DNA of 64,000 nucleotides from a bacterium (lineage in GTDB: Bacteria > SZUA-182 > DTGQ01), in assembly GCA_040752695.1 (NCBI GenBank), contig JBFMGO010000015.1, forward strand, positions 12,022 through 76,021. Reading direction: 5' to 3'. The translations under genes were made by a program, and so were the position numbers. Below the pieces are notes generated by a model. The model was not told the DNA's origin. It did not search any database and saw only the letters and a list, made by a program, of their open reading frames with translations. Shown here in pieces: positions 43,590-54,286 of this stretch; the stretch's first letter is position 1, and each line of letters starts with the position of its first letter.

Positions 43590-43752
43590 TAAGAGGACCT
43601 TTTTCCATGTCAATATTTGGTATTATTGACCGAGTCACAATATTAGTATTATTGACTGAAGATAATTCAGTGCATAATAAACAAATTTTCCATTACTTAG
43701 CGATTGTATTATAATGGCTAAGAACTTTTTTAGCAAGGGATAAATTCTCTCC

Positions 43753-43782
43753 TTGACAATCTGAAAGAGACTCCTTTAGAAT
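43753..43782 (+). promoter_or_regulatory. Sigma70-type promoter for xseA
   Basis: TTGACA-N18-TAGAAT. Confidence 0.65.
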
Positions 43783-43789
43783 GGGGCAC

Positions 43790-45136
43790 ATGCCCACGCA
43801 GGTTAAGATCTATTCAATTTCTCAAATTACTTCCCGTATCAGAAATAATCTGGAATCAGAATTTGGCGATGTCTGGATCGAGGGAGAAATCTCCAATCTG
43901 AAGGCCCCTTTTTCCGGCCATATATATTTCATTTTAAAGGATTCAGCCAGCCAGATACGGGCCGTCGCCTTCCGCTACCAATGCCGCTCTTTTACCTTCC
44001 GGCCCCAGGATGGCATGAAGGTTTTAGTGCGAGGCAGAATTACGGTTTACGATGCCCGGGGCGAATATCAGATTGTCGTAGAGCGGATGGAAGTGCGAGG
44101 GGCCGGAGCGCTCCAGGCTGCATTCGAGCAGCTCAAGGCAAAGCTCCAGGCCGAAGGGCTCTTTGCTCCCGAGGCGAAAAAGCCGATACCCCTTTATCCG
44201 CAAACCATCGGTATTGTCACCTCTCCGACCGGAGCGGCCATCCGGGACATTTTACAGGTTATCCGCCGCCGGTTTTCCACCGTTTCGATCGTTATTTACC
44301 CGGTGCGGGTCCAGGGTGAGGAAGCCCCAGGGGAAATTGCCCGGGCTGTCCGCGAGTTTAACGAATGGCCGGACATCGATGTCCTTATCGTCGGCCGTGG
44401 AGGAGGCTCCATCGAAGACCTGTGGGCCTTTAACGAGGAAGTCGTGGCCAGAGCCATTTTTGAATCCCGCATTCCGATTATCTCCGCGGTAGGGCATGAG
44501 ATCGATTTTACGATTGCCGATTTCGTGGCTGACTTAAGAGCCCCTACTCCTTCTGCGGCTGCTGAACTGGTTGTCAAAAATAAAAAAGATCTTCTCGATC
44601 GCATCGAGGCTGTTCAAAAAAAGATGCACCGCATTCTGCGGCACAAGGTAGATCTTTATACAAGCCGCGTTCAGCGCTACAGCCAGACCTTGGTATCGCC
44701 CCGTTCCCTGGACCGGTTTTTTCAAGGGCATCAGCAGACAGTGGATACTCTGGAATTGCGTTTGCGAAAATCCCTTGGGCACAAACTTTCATTGGCCAGA
44801 GGGCAGGCACAGCACACCATGGATACCTTTTATCGGTTCACTCCCCTGGCCCGTATCCGCGCCTGGCAGGAGAGGGTAGGGCTCCTTGGGCAAGAGCTCT
44901 ATCGGCGGCAGGAGAAGTATCTGGAAAATCGAAAAGCGCGCCTTTGCACCGCAGCGGCAAAACTCGACTCCTTAAGTCCACTGGCAGTATTGAAGCGAGG
45001 GTATGGCATCTGTCGAAAATTACCGGATCTTACCATTATCACTGACTCAAAGAGCCTTGGTCCCAGAGATTTAGTAAATATTAAGCTGTTTTGCGGAGAA
45101 ATTATTTGCGAGGTAAAAAATAATGGCGAAATTTAA
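43790..45136 (+). CDS. xseA: Exodeoxyribonuclease VII large subunit
   Basis: WIEGEISN, SGHIYF, VTSPTGAAIRD, GRGGGSIEDLWAFN, SAVGHEID, APTPSAAAE; start at 43781 or 43790. Confidence 0.97.
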   Translation: MPTQVKIYSISQITSRIRNNLESEFGDVWIEGEISNLKAPFSGHIYFILKDSASQIRAVAFRYQCRSFTFRPQDGMKVLVRGRITVYDARGEYQIVVERMEVRGAGALQAAFEQLKAKLQAEGLFAPEAKKPIPLYPQTIGIVTSPTGAAIRDILQVIRRRFSTVSIVIYPVRVQGEEAPGEIARAVREFNEWPDIDVLIVGRGGGSIEDLWAFNEEVVARAIFESRIPIISAVGHEIDFTIADFVADLRAPTPSAAAELVVKNKKDLLDRIEAVQKKMHRILRHKVDLYTSRVQRYSQTLVSPRSLDRFFQGHQQTVDTLELRLRKSLGHKLSLARGQAQHTMDTFYRFTPLARIRAWQERVGLLGQELYRRQEKYLENRKARLCTAAAKLDSLSPLAVLKRGYGICRKLPDLTIITDSKSLGPRDLVNIKLFCGEIICEVKNNGEI

Positions 45137-45419
45137 ATTCGAGGAAGCCCTGGAGCGGTTAGAGCAGATTGTCCGCCAGTTGGAGGAGGGGTCTTTAGGC
45201 CTGGACGAATCCCTGAAGATATTTGACGAGGGGATCAAGCTTACTCAAGCCTGCACGAAAAAGCTGGAGGAATCGGAGAGGAAAATTCAGATCCTCCTGA
45301 GAAACGAACAGGGAGAACAATCCCTTCAGCCCTTTGTGATTGGTGATGATGACGGCTCCGTCTCTTCGGTCGATGAGGCTGAAGAAACAGCGTTGAAGAA
45401 CGAGGAGAGTTTCGAGTGA
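45123..45419 (+). CDS. xseB: Exodeoxyribonuclease VII small subunit
   Basis: FEEALERLEQIVRQLE, LDESLKIFDEG. Confidence 0.95.
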   Translation: MAKFKFEEALERLEQIVRQLEEGSLGLDESLKIFDEGIKLTQACTKKLEESERKIQILLRNEQGEQSLQPFVIGDDDGSVSSVDEAEETALKNEESFE

Positions 45420-46018
45420 TCCTTCTGGCCGGGGCAGATCTCAAGGCCGCTGCTCGCATCCACTCCCCAGGGTCGGACAAACTGAATGGCCTGGGCTACA
45501 TTGACCGGATTCAGCCCTCCTGAAAGGATAATCCGTCCATAGCGTTTAGCCGATATGGCCAATCTCCAGTCGAATGTCTGGCCAGTGCCCCCCATTCTGT
45601 CCACGGTAAAGGTGTCCAGTAAATAAACGGGAAGCGAATAATCCGCAAGGCTGGCAAGATCGCTTTCTTTTTGAATCCGAAAGGCCTTGATACCCCTGCG
45701 AGGAAACTTGCGGCAATACTCCGGGGTCTCGTGGCCGTGAAACTGAAGGTAATCCAGCGAGCAATAATCAAGGATTTCACGCACAAGCCGAATGTCCTCA
45801 TCGACAAACACTCCTACCCGGCTCACCCAGGGGGGGAGCAACTCGATAATCTGCCGGGCCGCTTCAGGGGTAACCTTTCGGGGGCTTTCAGCAAAGATAA
45901 ACCCGACCGCATCGGCACCTAACTCCGCCGCCTTGAACGCGTCTTCTGACCGGGTGATCCCGCAAATCTTCACCCTGGTTTTCGGTTTTCCTGGTGATTC
46001 TTTAATCATCATCATCAT
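45326..46018 (-). CDS. trpF: Phosphoribosylanthranilate isomerase
   Basis: VKICGIT, QFHGHE, GGTGQTFDW, LSGGL, GVDASSG. Confidence 0.96.
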   Translation of the reverse strand: MMMMIKESPGKPKTRVKICGITRSEDAFKAAELGADAVGFIFAESPRKVTPEAARQIIELLPPWVSRVGVFVDEDIRLVREILDYCSLDYLQFHGHETPEYCRKFPRRGIKAFRIQKESDLASLADYSLPVYLLDTFTVDRMGGTGQTFDWRLAISAKRYGRIILSGGLNPVNVAQAIQFVRPWGVDASSGLEICPGQKDHSKLSSFFNAVSSASSTEETEPSSSPITKG

Positions 46019-46057
46019 AATTCCCTCAAAGAAAGTAGGCACGTTACTCCACGTTAC

Positions 46058-46852
46058 TCATGGACGGCCCCTTAGTTCCTGAATTGCCCGGCCGATATCC
46101 TCTTTGGCCATGAAAGCTTCACCGACCAGGACGGCATGTACCCCCAAGGACTTCAAAAAATGCAGGTCTTGCGCATGGTGGATACCGCTTTCACTTACGA
46201 TAACGCGATCGTGGGGGATGAGGGGGGCAAGCCGGCCAGTGACCGACAGGTCCACCTGGAAGGTTTTCAGGTCACGGTTATTGATTCCGATGATCGGCGC
46301 TTCGGTCATGAGAGCTTTTTCCAGTTCTTCCTGATTATGAACTTCCAGAAGAACATGGAGGCCAAGACTCGAAGAAAGGGCGAGAAAATCGGAAAGCTCG
46401 GCCCTAGACAAAGCTGCCGCAATCAGTAAAAGAGCGTCCGCTCCGGCCACTTTCGCCTCATAGATCTGATAGGCATCTATGATAAAGTCTTTCCGCAGCA
46501 GGGGGATGGAGGTAATGTCCCGGACCATTTGAAGGTAGGCCAGATCTCCCTGAAAGAATTTCCGGTCAGTCAGGATGGAAATAGCTGCTGCACCATTTTG
46601 CTGGTAACACTCGGCTATGGAGAGGGGATCGAAGTCCTTCCGGATGACTCCCCGGGAAGGTGATGCCTTCTTGATTTCGGCAATGATGGATATCTCATCC
46701 TGTTCATTTGACCCCTTCAGTGCTTTTTGGAAGTCTCGGGCTGGAGGCGAAGCTTTGGATTTTTCCTCCAGTTCCCGAAGAGGAACCGAGAGTTTTTTTC
46801 GGGCTACTTCACTCCTTTTATGGGCCAGGATTTCGTCAAGCATTGCTTTCAT
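46058..46852 (-). CDS. trpC: Indole-3-glycerol phosphate synthase
   Basis: IAEIKKASPSRG, LRKDFI, GINNRDL, SESGI. Confidence 0.97.
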   Translation of the reverse strand: MKAMLDEILAHKRSEVARKKLSVPLRELEEKSKASPPARDFQKALKGSNEQDEISIIAEIKKASPSRGVIRKDFDPLSIAECYQQNGAAAISILTDRKFFQGDLAYLQMVRDITSIPLLRKDFIIDAYQIYEAKVAGADALLLIAAALSRAELSDFLALSSSLGLHVLLEVHNQEELEKALMTEAPIIGINNRDLKTFQVDLSVTGRLAPLIPHDRVIVSESGIHHAQDLHFLKSLGVHAVLVGEAFMAKEDIGRAIQELRGRP

Positions 46853-47861
46853 TTTTCCCCTGGATACATTGCCGCAAGGAATCCAGTTTGGCCAGGGCTG
46901 CGCCGGTGTCGATGGACTGGGCAGCCAGTTTGATGCTTTCGGCCAGATTTTCGGCTTTTCCATAGACATAGAGAGCGGCTCCGGCATTGAGCAGAACGAT
47001 GTCCCTGGCCGGGCCTTTTTTCCCTCCCAGGATGTCCAGTATCAGTCTGGCGTTTTCTTCGGCAGTCCCGCCGGTAAGGTCCTCTTTTTTGGCCAGCGGG
47101 ATTCCAAAATCTTCGGGATTCAGCTCGTAATCGACGACCTGACCATCTTTCAGTTCCGATACCCAGGTACGGGTGGTGGTAGTGATCTCATCAAAACCAT
47201 CGAGCCCGTGAACCACCATGGCCCGGGTGCTTCCCAGATTTTTGAGTACATTGGCCAGCGGTTTGACCAGCGCTACGTCGTAGACCCCCAGCAATTGGCA
47301 TTGAGCCCCTGCCGGGTTGGTCATTGGGCCGAGGATATTAAAGACTGTCCGAATGCCAATTTCTTTTCTGGGTCCAATCGCATATCGCATGGACTTATGC
47401 CAGATCGGGGCAAAGAAAAAGCCTATTCCTGCTTCCTTAAGACATTTCTCCACAACGGGCGGTTCGGCCGTAAGATCGATTCCGAGGGCAGACAGGCAAT
47501 CCGCACTGCCGCATTTACTGGAGACCGACCGGTTTCCATGCTTGGCAACGACAGCGCCCGCCCCTGCGGCCACAAGAGCTGCCGCAGTGGAAATATTAAA
47601 GGTGTGGGCACCGTCTCCGCCGGTTCCGCAGGTATCCAGCACCGGTGAATCCACTGTTACCCTTTCGACTTTCTCCCGCATGACCTGAGTGAACCCGGTG
47701 ATTTCCTCTACGGTTTCCCCCTTCATACGCAAGGCGGTAATAAAGCAGGCGATCTGAGCATCAGTAGCCATGCCTTCCATGATCTGTCTCATCACTTCGG
47801 TCGCTTCCTGACGGGACAGATCTCCTCCTGCTACAACCTGAGCAATAGCCTCCTTGAGCAT
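46836..47861 (-). CDS. trpD: Anthranilate phosphoribosyltransferase
   Basis: DTCGTGGDG, NISTA, KHGNRSVSSKCGSAD, RTVFNILGP. Confidence 0.98.
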   Translation of the reverse strand: MLKEAIAQVVAGGDLSRQEATEVMRQIMEGMATDAQIACFITALRMKGETVEEITGFTQVMREKVERVTVDSPVLDTCGTGGDGAHTFNISTAAALVAAGAGAVVAKHGNRSVSSKCGSADCLSALGIDLTAEPPVVEKCLKEAGIGFFFAPIWHKSMRYAIGPRKEIGIRTVFNILGPMTNPAGAQCQLLGVYDVALVKPLANVLKNLGSTRAMVVHGLDGFDEITTTTRTWVSELKDGQVVDYELNPEDFGIPLAKKEDLTGGTAEENARLILDILGGKKGPARDIVLLNAGAALYVYGKAENLAESIKLAAQSIDTGAALAKLDSLRQCIQGKNESNA

Positions 47862-47899
47862 AGCGGTATGTTCCTCCTATTTCTTACATTTTCTGGTTC

Positions 47900-48475
47900 T
47901 TACATTTCCAGAAAGTTTTTCAAAAGCAGTTTTCCTTCCTTGGTCAAAATAGACTCCGGATGGAACTGAACTCCTTCAATGGGGAGATCCCTGTGCCGGA
48001 TTCCCATGATTTCTCCTTCTTCGGTACGGGCAGTAATCTGAAGGCATGGGGGAAGAGTGTCACTCTTAACGATCAGGGAATGATAGCGGGTGGCGATAAA
48101 AGGGTTACTCAACCCTCTGAACAATTTTTGTCCATCGTGATAAATCATCGAGGTTTTCCCGTGCATCAGCCGGTCGGCTCTTACCACTTCACCACCAAAA
48201 CAATGGGCAATGCATTGATGTCCAAGGCAAACGCCAAGGGTCGGGATGGAGGGGCCTAACTCCTTGATTACTTCATTCGAAATTCCTGCTTCACGTGGCG
48301 TACAGGGCCCGGGTGAGATGACGATCTTGTCGAGAGCGAGCTCCATAATGTGCTCCAGCGTAAGATCATCATTGCGGAATACCAGAACTTCTGCCCCTAA
48401 TTCTCCCAGGTATTGAACAATATTATAGGTGAAAGAATCATAATTATCGATCATGAGAACATTCGGACGAATCAC
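47900..48475 (-). CDS. trpG: Anthranilate synthase component II (glutamine amidotransferase)
   Basis: [32 protein letters not shown]. Confidence 0.96.
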   Translation of the reverse strand: MIRPNVLMIDNYDSFTYNIVQYLGELGAEVLVFRNDDLTLEHIMELALDKIVISPGPCTPREAGISNEVIKELGPSIPTLGVCLGHQCIAHCFGGEVVRADRLMHGKTSMIYHDGQKLFRGLSNPFIATRYHSLIVKSDTLPPCLQITARTEEGEIMGIRHRDLPIEGVQFHPESILTKEGKLLLKNFLEM

Positions 48476-49973
48476 TGTTTACCTTTCTAATAGCCTCAAT
48501 CAAGGCCCTTGCTTTGTTTAACGTTTCCTGATATTCCAATTGAGGGTCGGAATCAGCTACGATTCCAGCGCCAGCCTGTATATAAGCGGTGCTTCCCTTG
48601 ATAACGATCGTGCGAATAGTAATACAGGTATCCATATTCCCGGAAAAGCCGAAATAACCAACCGCTCCGGCGTAGGGACCTCTTTTGACCGGCTCAAGCT
48701 CTTCGATAATCTGCATGGCCCGCACCTTGGGTGCCCCGGATACGGTCCCTGCAGGGAAGCATGCGGTAAGCGCGTCATAGCAGTCCTTGTCATCCCTCAG
48801 TATTCCTTTGACATTAGAGACAATATGCATAACGTGAGAATATCTTTCAATCACCATCAGTTCGGTCACGTGAACGGTACCGGGCCGACAGACGCGGCCC
48901 ATGTCATTTCTTCCCAGATCTACTAGCATAATATGTTCCGCACGCTCTTTGGGGTCTGCCAGAAGGTTTTCAGCCAAAAACCGGTCTTCCTCCTCCGTAG
49001 TGCCCCGTTTCCGGGTGCCGGCGATGGGACGTTCTTCTACGACGCCATCCTCGACCCGGACAAGGAGTTCCGGAGACGCTCCTACGATCCTGAAGTCTTC
49101 ATGCTGTAGGTAATACATATAAGGTGATGGGTTTAAAAGCCGAAGCGCCCGGTAGAGGTCAAAAGAATTACAGGAAATCCCGGTGGATAACCGCTGGGAG
49201 AGGACGACTTGAAAAATATCTCCTGCCGCGATATATTCCTTTGCGGTTTTTACGCATTGTTCAAAATCGGCCTGTGTGTAATTCGAGGAGATATTGAGCT
49301 GTCCCAGGACGGTATCGGTCGATGGGTGCGTTCGATTCATGACATCGCCATCAAGGATCTGGAATGTAGCCGCTGCCGGGGATTGCAGTTTTTTATAGAG
49401 CTGATTAATCTTTTCAATAGCCTGCTCATAGGCCCGATCAACCGAATCCTCGATAAAGGCATTGGAAATTATTTTGATCGTATGGGCCATATGGTCAAAG
49501 ATGAGAAGAGTGTCGGTAATAAAAAATAAGAATTCCGGCACATTCAATTCGTCCGGATTTTCCTCCGGTATGGGCTCAAAGCTGCGGACATGGTCATAAC
49601 CGATATATCCAACCGCTCCTCCAAAGAATCGCGGCAGCCCGGCCACTGGTGCGGTTCGAAATCTGGCCATCTGCTCTTTTAATACTTTCAGGGGATTTTC
49701 CGTGGAAATCACAGTGCTTGGATGAGACTTTTCCTGAATTTCCACTTGACCTTTACGGCCCAGGATAACTACCATCGGATCAGAGCCCAGGAAAGAGTAT
49801 CGGGCGATTTTTTCACCACCATCCACACTTTCGAGAAGGAAAGACTTGCCGCTGTCGATTTTTTTGAAAGCTGAGACAGGGGTGTCCATATCAGCACAGA
49901 TCTCCCGATAGACAGGGATTAAATTACCCCTTTGGGCTATTTTTTGAAATGTTCCTTTGTCTGGGTAATACAT
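48444..49973 (-). CDS. trpE: Anthranilate synthase component I
   Basis: [41 protein letters not shown]. Confidence 0.97.
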   Translation of the reverse strand: MYYPDKGTFQKIAQRGNLIPVYREICADMDTPVSAFKKIDSGKSFLLESVDGGEKIARYSFLGSDPMVVILGRKGQVEIQEKSHPSTVISTENPLKVLKEQMARFRTAPVAGLPRFFGGAVGYIGYDHVRSFEPIPEENPDELNVPEFLFFITDTLLIFDHMAHTIKIISNAFIEDSVDRAYEQAIEKINQLYKKLQSPAAATFQILDGDVMNRTHPSTDTVLGQLNISSNYTQADFEQCVKTAKEYIAAGDIFQVVLSQRLSTGISCNSFDLYRALRLLNPSPYMYYLQHEDFRIVGASPELLVRVEDGVVEERPIAGTRKRGTTEEEDRFLAENLLADPKERAEHIMLVDLGRNDMGRVCRPGTVHVTELMVIERYSHVMHIVSNVKGILRDDKDCYDALTACFPAGTVSGAPKVRAMQIIEELEPVKRGPYAGAVGYFGFSGNMDTCITIRTIVIKGSTAYIQAGAGIVADSDPQLEYQETLNKARALIEAIRKVNSDSSECSHDR

Positions 49974-50086
49974 ATATCCTCACGTATCTTCAATTGATTT
50001 GAAAAGGTTACTTTTCAGTCCGCCCCAAAAGAACAAAAAGGAAAAAATTATACTGTAAAAATTATGCGCTGGGATGACTAAGGTCT

Positions 50087-50178
50087 AAAAAGCAAAAAGC
50101 CACAGAATCCCCTTGTAAGGACCCTATGGCTTAAGAGCCTTCTTTGTGAAATCAGGCAGCCAAAAGGGACCCTTATTA
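50087..50178 (-). promoter_or_regulatory. trp attenuator: terminator hairpin with U-tract and an overlapping antiterminator
   Basis: Minus strand AAGCCATAGGGTCCTT-ACA-AGGGGATTCTGTGGCTT-TTTGCTTTTT; upstream TAAGGGTCCCTTTTGGCT can pair with the terminator 5' arm. Confidence 0.8.
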
Positions 50179-50244
50179 AGCCAAAAACCGCCACCCTTTC
50201 CATTCCCTCCCTTTTTTCAAGAGGGATGGAGGGATTTTCAACAT
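50176..50244 (-). CDS. trpL: trp leader peptide MLKIPPSLLKKGREWKGWRFLA
   Basis: GGAGGT RBS 7 nt upstream; two Trp codons just before the stop, adjacent to the attenuator. Confidence 0.78.
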   Translation of the reverse strand: MLKIPPSLLKKGREWKGWRFLA

Positions 50245-50669
50245 TGAACATACCTCCCGAACATATATTTACATTCAGATGGATCTACTTTTATTTCTTT
50301 TTACAAAAAATTACTTCCTTTTTCAAAATAATTAGAATAACCAAAAGCCTTTCATTTGTCAAGGATAATCAGCATCTTTTCGGTAGAAAGACCGTAACCG
50401 TTTTTTATCTTGCATTTTTTCCTCTCCTTACATGCAAGTATTTACAAGATGTGAATATGATTTCATAGTTCATAACATATTGAATTACAATGGCAAAAAA
50501 AATGCTGTCTGGACCATGAAATATCTTGCATACTTTTTTCCCCAACCTTCTTTTTTCCGTGATGAGCACACCTCTTTATCATTTTGAAAAAGATGCCATA
50601 ATGCAAATCTCTTATCTCCGTCTTGTTTAGGTATAAGGATAGTATGTTCTCCTTTTCAGGAAGAAAAGC

Positions 50670-50685
50670 AGGCATATATATTGCA
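50670..50685 (+). promoter_or_regulatory. Sigma54 -24/-12 promoter
   Basis: AGGCATATATATTGCA (GG-N10-GC), 230 bp upstream of the secreted repeat protein. Confidence 0.6.
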
Positions 50686-50911
50686 AAGTCTTTTTATAGT
50701 CTTTTTATAACCTTAAGACGGGTGATAACAAGTGATTTTTCTTGTTTTTTTATTTCCAGGAATGAGAAGCCATAAAAGTGCCTGGTACTTTTGAAGAGGA
50801 GGTGAACATATAGGGGTCTTTTGTCCTGCATAATAATTCGTAATGAATCTTCACCGAGCGTAACAGCGTGCGACATATCCCAATGAGGATATTTATTGAG
50901 GAGGGAACTTA

Positions 50912-52411
50912 ATGAAAAAAATATGGTTTTTGAAGGCGTTGGGAATGGTCCTTTTTCTTTTTACCGCTTTATTTTTTACAGCCAACCAGATTCTGGCTGC
51001 TACTACCGACACGTATATTGAGTTTGATAATATAGACGAGTCTGCCCAAAATGCGCAATACATTCGATGGGAAGCCAAAGCCAAGCTGGCTTATGACGTA
51101 GTGGTTACCATGATTGATGATGACGGTAATAAATTTACGGTAACTTTCTCAACGAAAGATGACAGCAATCCCTATACGGTGTCGTCTTCATCATATGTCA
51201 ATAACATCGGAACCAGCTACTATAATACCAATCCAAGCATCCAGACATTCGAGGCAAGCTTTAACACTCTCATGAGCAATTTCTTTATCCTGGGAGGAAC
51301 CCATTTCTATACTCCCGGAAATTCACGGGCCAAGATTGATAAAATCCGTATTTACGGTGATGACATTTACCTTTATTACTTCGGCCTGGCAAACGGTTTG
51401 GGTTCCCCTGTCTGGGAAATCGATGATTCTGATTTCAGCAGTTGGTCGGATGTTTCCGATTTCAAATCTGATGACGGAGATTTATCGGATACGGCAACGA
51501 TCGATTTCCAGGATACTTACCTGCGTTTGACCAAAAAAGTGGCTAGCGTGACTACCGGTACCACCTATCAGATCGATCCGGCCACAGGACTTCCCTATGG
51601 TTATGGAACAAGCGGTTATCCGACCACTGGTTATTATCCCTACGGCTATTATCCGACTACTGGCTATCCAACGACCTATCCGACTACTGGCTATCCAACT
51701 ACTGGCTATCCGACGACGACCGGCTACGCAACCTATGTCGATCCACGCACCGGACAGCAATATCTTGTTCCTACTACGGGTTCTACGACTACAGGTTATC
51801 CGACTACAACAGGATATTACCCGACCACCACTGGCACGGGATATTATCCGACCACTGGCACGGGATATTATCCGACCACAGGCACAGGATACTATCCGAC
51901 TATGGGTACTGGGTACTACCCAACCACGAGTACGGGTACGGGGTACTACCCGACCACAGGCACAGGATATTATCCGACAACAGGTACAGGGTATTATCCA
52001 ACTACAGGTACGGGATACTACCCGACCACAGGTACTGGATATTATCCAACCACAGGCACAGGCGCGGGGTATTACCCGGCAACCGGTGGAGTATCACCCG
52101 GCTATGGCCAGCAATATGCTGCTGCTGGTGCTGGCTATGGTCAACAATATCTCGGTGGTTATGGGTACGGCACCGGTCGTGGAATGAATCTTGGCCTTCA
52201 GACCGCCGGACTGCTTTCGCCCACTATGTATCCTCCACTGGGGTTGACGATTCCTCCTGCGGGCATGAATACGGGGCTTGGCTTCGATCCCTTTGGTTTT
52301 GGCCTTGGGCTGACCGGCCTTGGAGCTTTCGATCCCCTCAGCATAGCAGCTTTGGCTAATGGCTACCCTGGCCTTGGACTGATGGGTTTGGGAGGATTGG
52401 GTCTGTTCTAA
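50912..52411 (+). CDS. Secreted protein: N-terminal beta domain, about 11 GYYPTTGT repeats, Gly/Leu-rich tail
   Basis: Sec signal ending ILA; tandem 24-bp repeats with synonymous variation at about 51810-52090. Confidence 0.85.
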   Translation: MKKIWFLKALGMVLFLFTALFFTANQILAATTDTYIEFDNIDESAQNAQYIRWEAKAKLAYDVVVTMIDDDGNKFTVTFSTKDDSNPYTVSSSSYVNNIGTSYYNTNPSIQTFEASFNTLMSNFFILGGTHFYTPGNSRAKIDKIRIYGDDIYLYYFGLANGLGSPVWEIDDSDFSSWSDVSDFKSDDGDLSDTATIDFQDTYLRLTKKVASVTTGTTYQIDPATGLPYGYGTSGYPTTGYYPYGYYPTTGYPTTYPTTGYPTTGYPTTTGYATYVDPRTGQQYLVPTTGSTTTGYPTTTGYYPTTTGTGYYPTTGTGYYPTTGTGYYPTMGTGYYPTTSTGTGYYPTTGTGYYPTTGTGYYPTTGTGYYPTTGTGYYPTTGTGAGYYPATGGVSPGYGQQYAAAGAGYGQQYLGGYGYGTGRGMNLGLQTAGLLSPTMYPPLGLTIPPAGMNTGLGFDPFGFGLGLTGLGAFDPLSIAALANGYPGLGLMGLGGLGLF

Positions 52412-52442
52412 TTTTTTCACTGTCAACTATGATGTGATACAT

Positions 52443-52483
52443 AAGGGGATAAGATTATTATTTTAATAACCTTATCCCCTTTT
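52443..52483. terminator. Hairpin between convergent genes, probable terminator
   Basis: aaggggataag...cttatccccttttc. Confidence 0.75.
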
Positions 52484-52484
52484 C

Positions 52485-53522
52485 TTATTTTGCCGTGCCA
52501 AACAGCTCCTTCTGGATTCGAAATACGCCGTGATACACTACTTCCCCTACACTTTGCAGGCTGTCAGCACTGATCTTGTCCAGGGTGTCCTGAGCAGTAT
52601 GCCAGTACAAACCGGGAGATTCGGATCCGCCGTATTGAAAGTCGATAATGTCTATAGCCGATATTCCCAATTGAAGAAACGGCCAATGATCATCCATAAC
52701 CTGTTTATTGCATTCCTGGAAATATCTTTGGTAATTCATCTCCGAAGCCACTGACCAGAGCACATCCTGAAGCCATCTGGTTGAGAAATCCTCCCGGCAG
52801 ATGGTAAGGTCCTTATCCCCGACCATATCCAAAAGTATGAATGACCGGACCCTTTGGAGTACCCCTTCAGCCTGCAATTCACTGGCTAGATACCTGCTGC
52901 CGTAAAGACTGTCAGAAGGAGACCACTGAACAAAGGCTTCCTCCCCGTCAAAAAACACAAACCAGATCGTACACTCGAGGTCGTTCCGTACCTTTGAGAG
53001 TGCAGTAGCCAGTTCTAATAACAAGCCTGTCCCGGAGCAGCCATCGTTTGCTCCGGTAAACTCGAACTCAGTAAAGAATTTGGTCTCGTAATGGGTTGCC
53101 AGCATAATAATTTCCTCTCTCTTTCCCGGCAGTACTCCCAGGATGTTCTTCATCGGGACGTTGCCAAGAGGAGTAGCGGCAACGAAGCCTTTTTCCACTA
53201 CCTGTAACCCGACCTGGATCATGTGGTTCTGGATGTACTGCTGAACTTCTCCAATGGCCCTGGAACCTGAAGGGTGGGGGCCAAAGCCTGCCAGTTTTTC
53301 AACATGTAAAAAGGCTCTTTTCCCATCGATAGAGGCTTTTGATGTCCCCCTGCATCCGCCGACGAAGCTGAGGCACAGCGTGAGGGATACCATCAGGGAG
53401 CAGGAAAGAATGAGAGGGGTGAAGGGTAAAAAAAACACCAATGTCTGCTGGCATATGAGAAGTTTTACCCTTCCGGATTTTCTTCTTTGGATGACATTTA
53501 TGACTGGAAGATGATTGCCCAT
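52485..53522 (-). CDS. M28 family zinc peptidase / glutaminyl cyclase-like lipoprotein
   Basis: [34 protein letters not shown]; lipobox-like VGGC; true start may be further downstream. Confidence 0.85.
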   Translation of the reverse strand: MGNHLPVINVIQRRKSGRVKLLICQQTLVFFLPFTPLILSCSLMVSLTLCLSFVGGCRGTSKASIDGKRAFLHVEKLAGFGPHPSGSRAIGEVQQYIQNHMIQVGLQVVEKGFVAATPLGNVPMKNILGVLPGKREEIIMLATHYETKFFTEFEFTGANDGCSGTGLLLELATALSKVRNDLECTIWFVFFDGEEAFVQWSPSDSLYGSRYLASELQAEGVLQRVRSFILLDMVGDKDLTICREDFSTRWLQDVLWSVASEMNYQRYFQECNKQVMDDHWPFLQLGISAIDIIDFQYGGSESPGLYWHTAQDTLDKISADSLQSVGEVVYHGVFRIQKELFGTAK

Positions 53523-53788
53523 GATCTATTCTCCTTGAGAAAAAGTGAAATGAGTATACATAACTGCTATTGGTTTAGTTCGATGTTGTCAAGTCATACG
53601 CATGCTGCGATTTCAAAGCACCCGCAAGACATTCGGAGTAACTTGCAAGTATCTGGCGTAGCCTATTGATGATAAATCATCCGATAGAATAAGGAAAGAA
53701 TAAAAACAGGAGATGGGAAACAGGAGCCGAGGCTGGAGAGTGGACATAATGCTTTCTTCTTATAGCATGAATTTAGATCATTTTTTTG

Positions 53789-53817
53789 TTGACTTTGGAT
53801 AAATTTTTTTGTAAACT
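53789..53817 (+). promoter_or_regulatory. Sigma70-type promoter
   Basis: TTGACT-N17-TAAACT. Confidence 0.55.
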
Positions 53818-53946
53818 AATTGGCTAAAATTACAATGCTTAAATCAGTCTTGAATTAGAAATGCAAAGTATCGAGACAAAATACGAGTTCTATTTTTAGT
53901 TTCTGTCAACTAATCACTTTTGTAATCAGCCATAGGAGGGTATAAG

Positions 53947-54072
53947 ATGCCACAACTCATTGTGGACAGAATGAAATTTCTTTTTATAAATCAGGATCTG
54001 TATCATACCTTTGTCTACCTGCCAATAATACCTACCCATCATCCCTATCAAGTCTATGATGCCTATCAGTAA
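53947..54072 (+). CDS. Possible 41-aa small protein upstream of sbtA
   Basis: AGGAGG RBS 7 nt before ATG; MPQLIVDRMKFLF...YDAYQ. Confidence 0.35.
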   Translation: MPQLIVDRMKFLFINQDLYHTFVYLPIIPTHHPYQVYDAYQ

Positions 54073-54286
54073 AAAGGTTTAACTTATTCTTATACTACTC
54101 CCGGTTATAAATAAAGTATAGAGGGATATTGACCTATATTTTATGTATATTTCCGCTCTCTATCGAGAGATAGAGTGGGGGGAGAAGTATTTGTAATTCC
54201 TAATATATATTATATAAAAAATTCACATAAAAAATTATAATTTATACAAAGGCATAAAACTATTTTGTGGCTAAAGGGGATTTTTT

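Noticed and set aside
46617..47648. 343-aa plus-strand ORF
   Set aside because: Antisense shadow of trpD/trpC
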